Of a stretch of DNA of 64,000 bases, positions 25,098-33,685 are shown in pieces. The translations under genes were made by a program, and so were the position numbers. Source of the stretch: Pirellulales bacterium (GTDB lineage: Bacteria; Planctomycetota; Planctomycetia; Pirellulales; JAICIG01); contig JBBDYJ010000037.1 of NCBI GenBank assembly GCA_040901675.1, positions 771 to 64,770 on the forward strand. The letters run 5' to 3'. Positions within the stretch are counted from its first letter, which is position 1; every line of letters starts with the position of its first letter. The notes beneath the pieces are model-generated. The model worked only from the letters and a program-made list of their open reading frames with translations, was not told the origin of the DNA and made no database searches.

Positions 25098-27149
25098 TCA
25101 GCGGACCAGCCCCATGCGTCCCACGTTGGGAAAGAACGGGAACCAGATGTCGCGGTTCCAGGGAACGTGGTTCAGAGCGTGGGGCCAGTAAATGTACAAC
25201 GCCTTGCCGATCAGCAAGTCACGGCTGACGTAATACTCCGGATTGCCCTGCTCGTCGCGCCCGTCCCACATCCGGCTGTCCTTGCTGCGCGGGCTGTTGT
25301 CGCCCAGCACCAGGAACTGGTCGGCGGCCAGATCGAAGGCCACGATTCGGGGCTCGTCGTCCTCCCCCAGATCCTCCGGAAACAAACCCCGCAGCCGCTG
25401 CTGGCGGAGGCGCTCGGAACGAGTGTAGCGATACTCGCTGATCGTCGACCGGTCGGGCCAGCGGTTATCCTCCCCCGACTTGTCGGCAATGTAGTACACG
25501 TCGCGGAGGATCCGCAGGTGGTCGACCCGCAGGGCCGCACGCCGCGCGGCGATGCCGGCCGGCGAGAGGTCGGCCGGCTGCTGACGCTGGTTGTCCAAGC
25601 CGTCGTAGGTGGTGGCGGCATCGAATTCGACCACGTTGCCATTGACCCAAAGGAGCAACTGGTCGTCGACGTTGGCAAAGCGCAGACGGTACCTGCCCGG
25701 GCCCCGCATTCTGGTTTGAGCGGACGGCTCGAACCCATCCAGGCCGGAAATGCCCAACTGCGCTTCTCCACTGGCCAGGTCGATGCGGCATTGGAATCCC
25801 ACGCCTCCTTCGACCAGTTCCAGCACCAGCTCGCCCTTGTCGCTTTCGACCGTCACTTCGCATTCCAGCGCCAGGTCGCCCACCCAGTTCAGGCCGAGCA
25901 CGTCCTGATCGCGGAGGTTGCCCCGCAGCCGGCCCGCGTTGTAGGCATAGAAATCGGTGATCAGGCGGGGCCGCACCCCGGCCAGCTCGCGATCGGTCAG
26001 CGCCCGCTCGGGAAGGATCTTCCAGTCCTCGGCCATGGGAACAAAGTGACGGTAGCGCAGCCACTGCCGCTCTTCGGAAGCACCACCCACCGAATAGGAG
26101 CGATAGTCGTGCGCAGGCTGCCAGGCGTCTGAATCGGCCGCGGCCGGATCATCGGCGGTCCGCCGCGCGTCGATCGCTTCGTCCAGCGCCAACCCGTCGA
26201 ATGAGGACGAATCGAGTCCGCCGTCCTCGGCGGACCAGTCCATTGCCTTCCAGCGGACTGGCCAGCGCCGCTGAATCAGTTTCGGCAATACGTAGTCGTT
26301 GTCGTAGACGGCCTGCAGCAAGGCCTCGATCTTGGCGGGCGGCTTCCGTTGGATGTGTACTTTGCCTTCGGCGCGCAACTGGTTGAGCAACTCGGCATGG
26401 GACGGCTCGCGCCATACGCCTGGCTGGGCGGTCAGAATGTCGCCACGATGAATAATCACGGTTTCGTTGGGCAAACCGACGATCCGTTTGATAAAGTTTT
26501 GTTTGGCCGTTTCCGGATACTTGAACACGGCCACGTCCCAGCGGTCGGGGTCGCGGAATTCATAAGGGAACTTGGCAACGAGAATCCGGTCGCCCTTAAA
26601 CGACGGGTAGTCCTTTCCCTCGGGGCGCTTGGGATCAATCCGCATGGTGTACCGGCACATGGGACAAGTGCACGCCACCACTTCCTTGTTGGCCAGCTCG
26701 CTCTTGATCTCATCCCGCCGGCGGGCCAGATAAGCCAGGTCCTGCCGAAGCCGAACCGCGTCGCGCTCGCTCAAACCCGGGCGCATCCGGGCTTCCAACC
26801 GCGCCAAGTCCCTTTCCACGGCCTTGAGTTCGGCCCGACTCTTGTCGGCCGCGTCGTCCGCCGCCTCGCTGGCGCTGACTCGATAGGGGTAGCCGCACTC
26901 GGAGCAGACCAGGTCCTTGTGCTGGCCCATTAAGGTGGGCGCCATCGACCCCGTTGGGATCACAAAGGCCTCGGCCTCGAACGTGCGGAACAGAAACGCC
27001 AGCACAAAGGCGATCACGATCGACTCGACCGTCTCACGGACGCCGTCTTTGACGGGGGGCCTCTCGGCGGCCGCCTGGCGGTCGCCGGCCTGCCCCGCCC
27101 TGCGATCGGCTGCTTTGGGACGGGCCGCTACATCGGTCTTTCTATTCAT
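25098..27149 (-). CDS. lepB: signal peptidase I with Zn-ribbon insertion and large C-terminal extension
   Basis: S26 boxes GSMAPTLMG (catalytic Ser), GDRILVAKF (Lys) and GDNSPRSKDSR. CxxC...CxxC insertion (CSECGYPY...CPMCRY). Start taken at ATG 27149, immediately after the upstream paralogue's stop. Confidence 0.85.
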   Translation of the reverse strand: MNRKTDVAARPKAADRRAGQAGDRQAAAERPPVKDGVRETVESIVIAFVLAFLFRTFEAEAFVIPTGSMAPTLMGQHKDLVCSECGYPYRVSASEAADDAADKSRAELKAVERDLARLEARMRPGLSERDAVRLRQDLAYLARRRDEIKSELANKEVVACTCPMCRYTMRIDPKRPEGKDYPSFKGDRILVAKFPYEFRDPDRWDVAVFKYPETAKQNFIKRIVGLPNETVIIHRGDILTAQPGVWREPSHAELLNQLRAEGKVHIQRKPPAKIEALLQAVYDNDYVLPKLIQRRWPVRWKAMDWSAEDGGLDSSSFDGLALDEAIDARRTADDPAAADSDAWQPAHDYRSYSVGGASEERQWLRYRHFVPMAEDWKILPERALTDRELAGVRPRLITDFYAYNAGRLRGNLRDQDVLGLNWVGDLALECEVTVESDKGELVLELVEGGVGFQCRIDLASGEAQLGISGLDGFEPSAQTRMRGPGRYRLRFANVDDQLLLWVNGNVVEFDAATTYDGLDNQRQQPADLSPAGIAARRAALRVDHLRILRDVYYIADKSGEDNRWPDRSTISEYRYTRSERLRQQRLRGLFPEDLGEDDEPRIVAFDLAADQFLVLGDNSPRSKDSRMWDGRDEQGNPEYYVSRDLLIGKALYIYWPHALNHVPWNRDIWFPFFPNVGRMGLVR

Positions 27150-27150
27150 A

Positions 27151-28590
27151 TCAGTGAATATAGCGAATCCTTGCCGGATCAGGAACTTGAAAACAAACGC
27201 CCCGGCGGCATACCAGGCGGCTGGGAAAATGAACAAGAAACGGCTTGCCTAGCAACAGCTCGGCCCGCACGCCTGGCACACGCGGCCAGGTGCGGCTGTC
27301 GTCCGATTGCGGGCTGTTGTCGCCCAGCACCAGGTATTCGTCAGGGCCCAGCCGGTATTGGACCGGGGGCGCTGCCCCGCCCGCCTGGCGGATTGGCGTG
27401 TAGTACACGTCGCGCAGCACTCGGATGTCCCAAGCTTCCAGCGCGAGCCCGCGTGCTCCAATGCCCAGCGGCCGGCGGGGCTCGTCATCGCCCCAGGTCG
27501 AGCCGGCGGTCGGGGCGGCCGGCGTGTCCGCGGGCCCGGTGGCTTGGTAGGGATGGCTGAACAAGCACGCTCCATCCAGTGCCAGCATGAATTGCCGGTC
27601 CACCAGCGATAGTTCCACGTGCGCCGCCTGTCCCTGGGGCCAGTCCAGATCGCTTAATTCCGCCAGGACGGCCCCGTTGTGCAGGATGGTTCCGCGCCGC
27701 AGGGCCGGCTCGACCAGGACCAGAAACCGCTCGCGGCCGTCGTGGGCCGCCAGGACCAGCGAGCCCTCCCCCTCCGCCTGGAGCCGCGCTGCCAGCAGCA
27801 GATCGCGGACTTGAAACGACTGCGTTACCGGCCGCGTTTGGTTATACCCGCAGGCGTCGGTAATCGGCGTTTCGCGAACGGCTTCGGACCGGCCCGGCAT
27901 GCGCCGGAGATGGCGGTACGTCAACCAATCGACGTGGTTGCCGCCCGCGGGCAACCCGTGCTTGGGCGGATCCAGCACGTAGCCCCGACCCGAGGGGCGC
28001 CAGGCGGTGCCGGCGTTTTCCCCTTGCCAGCGAGCGGGCAGCTTCGATTGCCGGGGCCGGAAGTTGTCGTCATGCACGCCGACGGCCAACGTCCGCTGCT
28101 GGGCAAGTGTCTTGCGCTGGATCACCCCGTTGGCATAAATGTCGCCGCCCTTGATCTCGATGAGCTCGCCGGGCAGGCCGACCACGCGCTTGACGCAGAC
28201 CGTCGTTGGGTCGTGCGGGCAGCGAAAGGCCGCCACCTCCCAGCGCCGCGGCCCCCGCAGCGCATAGGCCGCCTTATGGACCAGCAGCCGGTCGCCACTG
28301 GTGGGCGCGGCTGCGTCGAGTTGGTCTCCGGTCTGGCCGCAGTTGGGACAAGTGGCCCTCTTGGCGGCCATGGCTTGTGGATCGCTTCCACAGACGAAGT
28401 CGTATCGGCAATCGCTGCAGGTTACCGCGTGATGCGGCCCGAGCAGGGCCTGTGCCATCGAGCCGCTGTTGACCAGGAACCATTCGACGTGCCAGGTGAC
28501 GAGGAGCAGCAAGGCGATCAGCGAGGAGACAACCGTTTCGACGGCGTGGCGCAGCGACCAACGGTTTGTCGGGTGACCGGGCATAATCAT
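27151..28590 (-). CDS. signal peptidase I paralogue with Zn-ribbon insertion
   Basis: NSGSMAQALLG, GDRLLVHKAAY and GDNSPQSDDSRTW boxes. CSDCRY...CPNCG. Start at ATG 28590 (MIMPGHPTNRW). The longer track ORF runs into intergenic repeats. Confidence 0.8.
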   Translation of the reverse strand: MIMPGHPTNRWSLRHAVETVVSSLIALLLLVTWHVEWFLVNSGSMAQALLGPHHAVTCSDCRYDFVCGSDPQAMAAKRATCPNCGQTGDQLDAAAPTSGDRLLVHKAAYALRGPRRWEVAAFRCPHDPTTVCVKRVVGLPGELIEIKGGDIYANGVIQRKTLAQQRTLAVGVHDDNFRPRQSKLPARWQGENAGTAWRPSGRGYVLDPPKHGLPAGGNHVDWLTYRHLRRMPGRSEAVRETPITDACGYNQTRPVTQSFQVRDLLLAARLQAEGEGSLVLAAHDGRERFLVLVEPALRRGTILHNGAVLAELSDLDWPQGQAAHVELSLVDRQFMLALDGACLFSHPYQATGPADTPAAPTAGSTWGDDEPRRPLGIGARGLALEAWDIRVLRDVYYTPIRQAGGAAPPVQYRLGPDEYLVLGDNSPQSDDSRTWPRVPGVRAELLLGKPFLVHFPSRLVCRRGVCFQVPDPARIRYIH

Positions 28591-28712
28591 CGATGGCACA
28601 AGACATAGGCGGGGCCCGCGGGCCGATACACCAATGGTATCCCGATGGTGCCACTGCTTGAAGGCCGCGCTGCGGTCCGAAGGCGGGGTGCCCGCGTCAC
28701 CGTTGCAGGGGA

Positions 28713-28856
28713 GCACTGCTTCTCGGCCGCCGGCAGCCTCCAAGCAGTGGCACACGGCAATCGGGTGAGTCGCTCCGGACGAGCACTGCTTCTCACGGCC
28801 GCCCACGGCGGCCGCTCCAAGCAGTGGCACACGGCGGCCTCCAAGCAGTGGCACCC
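28713..28856. repeat. hairpin repeat family B (GCACTGCTTCTC...CCAAGCAGTGGCAC), 2.5 copies
   Basis: CACTGCTT and AAGCAGTG are reverse complements. Copies at 28713-28753 and 28783-28830, plus a half copy at 28838-28854. Another copy at 30585-30633. Confidence 0.8.
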
Positions 28857-28875
28857 GGCAGTGGTACCCAGAGGG

Positions 28876-30255
28876 CTAGGGGGTGCGCGCGCGTTCCAGG
28901 ATGGCGGTTCGCCGGTTGTGGCGAAGCACCTTGTGGGCCGGCTGGAGAGTCAAACCGCGATCGAAGACTGCCACGGCCGCTTCGAACCGCGATTCGGCCA
29001 GCAAGTGGAGTCCCCGGTGATTGACGGCGGCGGCCTCGGCTTCGGACACTTCGGCGCGGCCGGGGTAGCGGCGCCTGGCGTCGGCCAACAGGTCGAGCGC
29101 TTCGTCGAGCTGCCCGCGATCGGCCAGGTGCATGCTCCAGCCGCGGTAAACCTCCCAGCGAGTGGCATCCAGATGCATGTTCGCCGGCAGGTCTTGTTCG
29201 GCCTGCCCGGCGATGGCCAGGGCTTGCCGATAGTGGTTTTGATCAACCAGCCGCTCGATCCAGCGTTGGTAGACGGCCACCTGGTTGACGCGGAACGGGC
29301 GGTGTTGGGGAGCGAACGCGCGGCACTGCCGCAGCAGATCCACAGCCCGCCGGAACTGGGCCCGGTCGGCCAGATCGAGGGCCCAGTTGTTTAAGGCCGC
29401 CAGCAGATTGCCGAAGATGGTCCGGCTGTCGGGGTCCAACCGCCAGGCCTTGGCGTTGGCGGCCACGGCCTCCTCGAAGCGCCTTTCTTCCAGGAAGTCG
29501 ACTCCCCGGTTGTAATAGATCAGCGCGACCAGGGCGGGCCTGGAAAGTTCGCGGGCGGCGACATCCTCGGCCGACCGCGGGCCGAAGCGCGCGGACCGGC
29601 CGTCGATCGGGTCGTTCAAGTGAGCGGTGGCGCGCGACAGAATCTCCCGCCGAGCCTGGGGGTCGTCGACAATTTCGAACCAGCGCGAGCAGGTGGTCTC
29701 GACGTCGAGCCGCTCGTCGGCCAGCTTGAGCACGCTATAGGCGTGTCCCGGCTTTTCCGCGGCCAGCGCGGTGAGGCCGACTCCTTCGGCCAGGCAGTTG
29801 AACAAGACAGCCGAGCTGACACAGTTGTACCGGCCCGTGTCGAGGGTCTCGGCCGGATCGGTGCATTCAACCTGGTAGTCGCCGTAACAGATGCGGCGGT
29901 GAAGCAGCTCGAAAACGGCCTGGGCCCGGTCGCGGGGTTCCTGCCCCGCGGCGCCCGACTCGAGGCGATCGATCCATTGCTCGACGCGGGTCCGATAGGC
30001 TTCGATCGTGTCTGAATCGCTGGTGCCCCCGGCGACCAGCGCGGCGGTAAACAGCCAATGGCGGTCGACGTCGCCGGCCGCGGCCGACTCGAACAATTCG
30101 CCTTCGAGCGGGCCCAGCTCGAACTCGGCGCCCGCCACATGGATCGAGGTGGAGGAGGCGGCGGAACCATCACCGCGGGCGGCAAAAAGAGCCCCGGAAC
30201 CCTGCGCGAACAGGACCGTAACTGCGAGCAGCAGTTGCCAAGCGCGTCGGTGCAT
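28876..30255 (-). CDS. secreted transglutaminase-like domain + TPR repeat protein
   Basis: Signal peptide MHRRAWQLLLAVTVLFAQG. Cys/His/Asp core candidates (YNCVSSAVLF, PGHAYSVL, LDVETT). C-terminal half made of TPR-like helical repeats. Confidence 0.72.
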   Translation of the reverse strand: MHRRAWQLLLAVTVLFAQGSGALFAARGDGSAASSTSIHVAGAEFELGPLEGELFESAAAGDVDRHWLFTAALVAGGTSDSDTIEAYRTRVEQWIDRLESGAAGQEPRDRAQAVFELLHRRICYGDYQVECTDPAETLDTGRYNCVSSAVLFNCLAEGVGLTALAAEKPGHAYSVLKLADERLDVETTCSRWFEIVDDPQARREILSRATAHLNDPIDGRSARFGPRSAEDVAARELSRPALVALIYYNRGVDFLEERRFEEAVAANAKAWRLDPDSRTIFGNLLAALNNWALDLADRAQFRRAVDLLRQCRAFAPQHRPFRVNQVAVYQRWIERLVDQNHYRQALAIAGQAEQDLPANMHLDATRWEVYRGWSMHLADRGQLDEALDLLADARRRYPGRAEVSEAEAAAVNHRGLHLLAESRFEAAVAVFDRGLTLQPAHKVLRHNRRTAILERARTP

Positions 30256-30339
30256 CTCGATGGATGGTGCCGGTTCGTGACACGGTTACCGTGCAGCCGG
30301 CCCCCATGACCGGCACGCGCAACAAATATAGGATGCAAA

Positions 30340-30662
30340 AAAGTGGCGGCGGCGCCAAGGGGGGGTTGGAAGGCAGAAGGAGGAAGGCAGAAGGCAGAAG
30401 GCAGAAGGAGGAAGGAGGAAGGGAGAAGCGGGCTGGGGGCCCGAATTCTGGCGAATCCGGCTACGGAACATAAACAGCGCATCGGGCCCGAATTTCTGGC
30501 GAATCCGGCTACGGACATGAGAAACGGGCTGGGGGCCCGAATTCTGGCGAATCGGGCTACGGATGGGGAATCCAGTTACAGGCGGCACTGCTTCTCGGAC
30601 GCCGCGGCCGGCGTCCTCCAAGCAGTGGCACCCGCCCCGAATTCTGGCGAATCGGGCTACGG
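30340..30662. repeat. composite repeat region: purine-rich (GGCAGAA/GGAGGAA)n, four family-A copies and one family-B hairpin
   Basis: Purine microsatellite at 30340-30428. CCGAAT(T)TCTGGCGAATCSGGCTACGG at 30441-30466, 30488-30514, 30537-30562 and 30637-30662. Family B at 30585-30633. Confidence 0.85.
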
Positions 30663-30683
30663 AGATGTGGGGCCACGTAATAG

Positions 30684-31940
30684 TCAGGGGAGCTGGTGGC
30701 CGAGCTTCTCGCGCTTGGCGGCCAGGTAGCGGGCGTTGTATTCGTTGCTGGGAGGCAAGATCGGAACCTGGTCGACGACCTCCAGGTCGAAGCCGCCGTA
30801 GATGAAGGCGTCGGTCTTCTTCGGGTTGTTCGTCAGCAGCCTGACACGCGTTAAGCCAAGATCCTTGAGCAGTTGAATGCCAATGCCGTAATCGCGGGTG
30901 TCGGCCTTGTAGCCCAGGGCCAGGTTCGCTTCGACCGTGTCCATCCCCTTGTCCTGCAGGCCATAGGCCTTGAGCTTTTCGATCAGGCCGATGCCGCGGC
31001 CTTCCTGCGGCAGGTAGACCAGCACGCCGGTCCCGGCCTGGCTCATCATTTCCAAAGCCATGTGAAGTTGGTCGCCGCAGTCGCAACGGAGCGACGCGAG
31101 CAAGTCGCCGGTAAAGCAAGACGAGTGCAATCGAACCAGCGGAACGGCGGCCTTGGACAGATCACCCAGGACCAGCACGATGGGTTGTTGGCTTTCGTAC
31201 TTGACGCCGTAGGCGATGACCTTGCCCGGGCCGTAGTGCGTCGGCAGGTCGGCCTCGGCCAGCCGGTAGACAAGCTTTTCCCGCAGCCGCCGATAGCGGA
31301 TCAGATCTTCGATGGTGATGATTTCGAGTTGATGATCGCGGGCAATTCGCAGCAGGCACTCGCGGCTGGCCCGGTCGCCATCCTCGTCGAGGATCTCGCA
31401 GAGCACGCCGGCCGGCGAGAGTCCCGCCAGGCGGGCCAGATCGACCGAGGCTTCGGTGTGCCCGGCCCGCCGCAGTACGCCACCCTCCTTGGCAATCAAG
31501 GGAAACAGGTGGCCGGGCCGAACGAAATCGGCCGGCTGGCTGGCCGGATCACTGATGGCCCGGATCGTGCGGGCCTTTTCCTGGGCGGTAATCCCGGTTC
31601 TCGAGCTGCGGTGGTCGACCGGCACGGTAAAGGCCGTCCCCAACCGGGCCGTGTTGGTCTCGACCATGGGCGCCAGCTTCAGCCGCTCGCAGACTTCCGG
31701 CAGGATGGGCATGCAGACCTGCCCGCGGCCGTGCTTGAGCATGAAATTGACGATTTCCGGCGTGACCTTTTCGGCCGCGCAAATGAAATCGCCCTCGTTT
31801 TCGCGGTCTTCGGCATCGACCACGATGACGACCCGGCCCTGGGCAAAGGCCTCGACGGCCGCTTCGATAGTGGACAAATTACTGGTCAAGCACTCCCCTC
31901 CAACTCGACGGTCCAGTTCAGTTATGATTATAGGCGGCAT
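30684..31940 (-). CDS. ribBA: bifunctional 3,4-dihydroxy-2-butanone-4-phosphate synthase / GTP cyclohydrolase II
   Basis: DHBP synthase region (VVDAEDRENEGDFICAAE, RAGHTEASVDLARLAG) followed by the GCH-II region (RLHSSCFTGDLLASLRCDCGDQL, GRGIGL). Confidence 0.95.
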   Translation of the reverse strand: MPPIIITELDRRVGGECLTSNLSTIEAAVEAFAQGRVVIVVDAEDRENEGDFICAAEKVTPEIVNFMLKHGRGQVCMPILPEVCERLKLAPMVETNTARLGTAFTVPVDHRSSRTGITAQEKARTIRAISDPASQPADFVRPGHLFPLIAKEGGVLRRAGHTEASVDLARLAGLSPAGVLCEILDEDGDRASRECLLRIARDHQLEIITIEDLIRYRRLREKLVYRLAEADLPTHYGPGKVIAYGVKYESQQPIVLVLGDLSKAAVPLVRLHSSCFTGDLLASLRCDCGDQLHMALEMMSQAGTGVLVYLPQEGRGIGLIEKLKAYGLQDKGMDTVEANLALGYKADTRDYGIGIQLLKDLGLTRVRLLTNNPKKTDAFIYGGFDLEVVDQVPILPPSNEYNARYLAAKREKLGHQLP

Positions 31941-31979
31941 TTGATCCGGTCGAAATCCCCGCTTGGCCCCTGGTCTGGA

Positions 31980-32813
31980 ATGCTAGAACGCGAAGAGTAC
32001 GTCGAGCAGGCCTATTTTTTCCACGTCCTCGGCGAGCGGATGACGCAGAACATGTCGACGCAGGACCTGTTGGTCAGCGTCCGCGAGGAGCTGCTGGCCA
32101 CCACCCGGCTGCCGATGGCGGTCGATTTCCTGTGCAGCGAACTGCGGCTGACCGGCGTATTTGCCACGGCGATGGCCCGTCTGAGCCATTACTTCACGCC
32201 GTTTCAAACGTTCGTCGTGGCCCAGGCGGAGCGCGAACGGGGCCGCTTCGATTTCACAATCGCCCTGCAAATCCTGGAGCACGAGGCTGCCTACCGGGCC
32301 GACGGGGCGACGCCGCAGGGGGCGTTTTTGTACCAGTTCGAGTGCCTGTGCCGTAACCGGCTGGGATACGACAAGGGGCTGGAGGCGATGGCGGCCGACC
32401 CGATTTACAACTCCGATTGGCGGGACTGGATCGTGACTGTCCGCCGCCAGGTGGGGATTGTCGAGATTGCGGACCTGATCTACGTCCGCAGCCAGCACTA
32501 CGTGAACAACCGCCAGCGGCAAGGGCTGGACCGCGATGGGCCGGAAAAACCGGTCCTGTTCGGCGAACAGGAGGGCAAAATCGCCCTGGCCAACCGGCAG
32601 CGGGAGCCGTTGTTGCTGTTTTCGGCCCTGGAAAGGCATTTGCACTACCCGAAAGTGCCTCGTCCGAAACCGGTGGACGAGTCGAAACTCCTGCTGCCCG
32701 GCCTGCTGCGGCGAACGGACCGGCTCGAGGCACGCATTAAGTTGTTGGAGGAGGAGCAGAAGGGGGGGATCGACCTGACGCGCTTCCTGGGCGAGCCGCC
32801 GCCGGAGCCCTGA
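31980..32813 (+). CDS. conserved hypothetical protein
   Basis: 277 aa from ATG 31980 (MLEREEYVEQAYFFHVLGERM...). Coding-like composition. The 5' 1.1 kb of track ORF 30873.. is antisense to ribBA and is rejected. Confidence 0.65.
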   Translation: MLEREEYVEQAYFFHVLGERMTQNMSTQDLLVSVREELLATTRLPMAVDFLCSELRLTGVFATAMARLSHYFTPFQTFVVAQAERERGRFDFTIALQILEHEAAYRADGATPQGAFLYQFECLCRNRLGYDKGLEAMAADPIYNSDWRDWIVTVRRQVGIVEIADLIYVRSQHYVNNRQRQGLDRDGPEKPVLFGEQEGKIALANRQREPLLLFSALERHLHYPKVPRPKPVDESKLLLPGLLRRTDRLEARIKLLEEEQKGGIDLTRFLGEPPPEP

Positions 32814-32910
32814 AAGGCGGCGTGCTGCGGCTCACCAGGCCCGATGAGGGAATTTTGAGGCAATCGAGGCAATTGCGGTTCAATTGTCGCATACAACGTG
32901 GTAAAGTTGC

Positions 32911-33465
32911 GTGAGTGGTGCGCTCTCGCGGGGATCAGCCGGCGTGGACATTGAGCTCAATCTGACGACCGAATCCGTCGAGCAGGCTTCACCGGCCGAG
33001 CCGGTCTGCGTGGAGCCGCACTATACGGTTCGCCAGGTGTTCGAGCACCTCAAGGAGAATCGCGCCGGCAACATCCTGGTATGCCGTGACGGAGTGCTGA
33101 TCGGAATCTTCACCGAGCGCGATGCACTGCGCATCATGGCCCGTGCGGTCGAGCCGGGGCTCCAGGAGCAGGGTCTCCAGGGGGAGCCGGGGTACGATCC
33201 GGCCGCCGTTTGGGATGCGCCGATTGAAACGGCCATGACGCGCGATCCGGTCACGCTCGGCCCACAATCCCCCGTGGCGGCCGCCGTGCAGAAGATGGCC
33301 TCAGGCGGCTATCGGCGGCTGCCGATCGTCGATTCCCAGGGGCGGCCGGTAGGTGTCGTCCAGGCCGCGGGCATCGTGCACTACCTGGTCGAACATTTTC
33401 CCAAAACCGTGTACAACCAACCTCCCGTGCCCCACCCCGTAATGCAAGAGCGCGAAGGATCCTAG
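32911..33465 (+). CDS. CBS-domain pair protein
   Basis: CBS-like units (VRQVFEHLKENRAGNILVCRDGVLIGIFTERDALR and ETAMTRDPVTLGPQSPVAAAVQKMASGGYRRLPIVD). GTG start at 32911 is uncertain. Confidence 0.72.
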   Translation: MSGALSRGSAGVDIELNLTTESVEQASPAEPVCVEPHYTVRQVFEHLKENRAGNILVCRDGVLIGIFTERDALRIMARAVEPGLQEQGLQGEPGYDPAAVWDAPIETAMTRDPVTLGPQSPVAAAVQKMASGGYRRLPIVDSQGRPVGVVQAAGIVHYLVEHFPKTVYNQPPVPHPVMQEREGS

Positions 33466-33685
33466 CGTAAGCCAGCCATGCCGGCTTTTGCCCCCTGCCG
33501 ACTGCCGAAGTGTTTGCGACAGCCAGCGTTTCCACGGACCTCGTTTCCCACCCGCGGCGCGTGTCCTCCCCAGGCAAGCCGTCGATTCGCGTGCGTCGAG
33601 CGGCCGTATCCTTGCTTGGGGAGAAGCCGCACCGACTGCTATTGCCCGAATGTTTTCTCCACGAAGAATGGATGTGTCCAATTAA

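Noticed and set aside
28700-30680. Possible CRISPR array, because of repeated ~25-45 nt elements
   Set aside because: The repeats belong to at least two different palindromic families, spacing is irregular, copies occur in both orientations, and the same elements are dispersed singly across the window. No cas genes are present. REP-like elements are a better explanation.
30873-31979. 5' two-thirds of the 646-aa plus-strand ORF 30873..32813
   Set aside because: Antisense to ribBA, which has unambiguous motifs. A sensible start (ATG 31980, MLEREEYVEQAYFF) lies just past the ribBA start.
31941-31979. FMN riboswitch upstream of ribBA
   Set aside because: Only 39 nt separate the ribBA start from the divergent gene at 31980, far too short for an FMN aptamer, and I saw no conserved FMN-element core.
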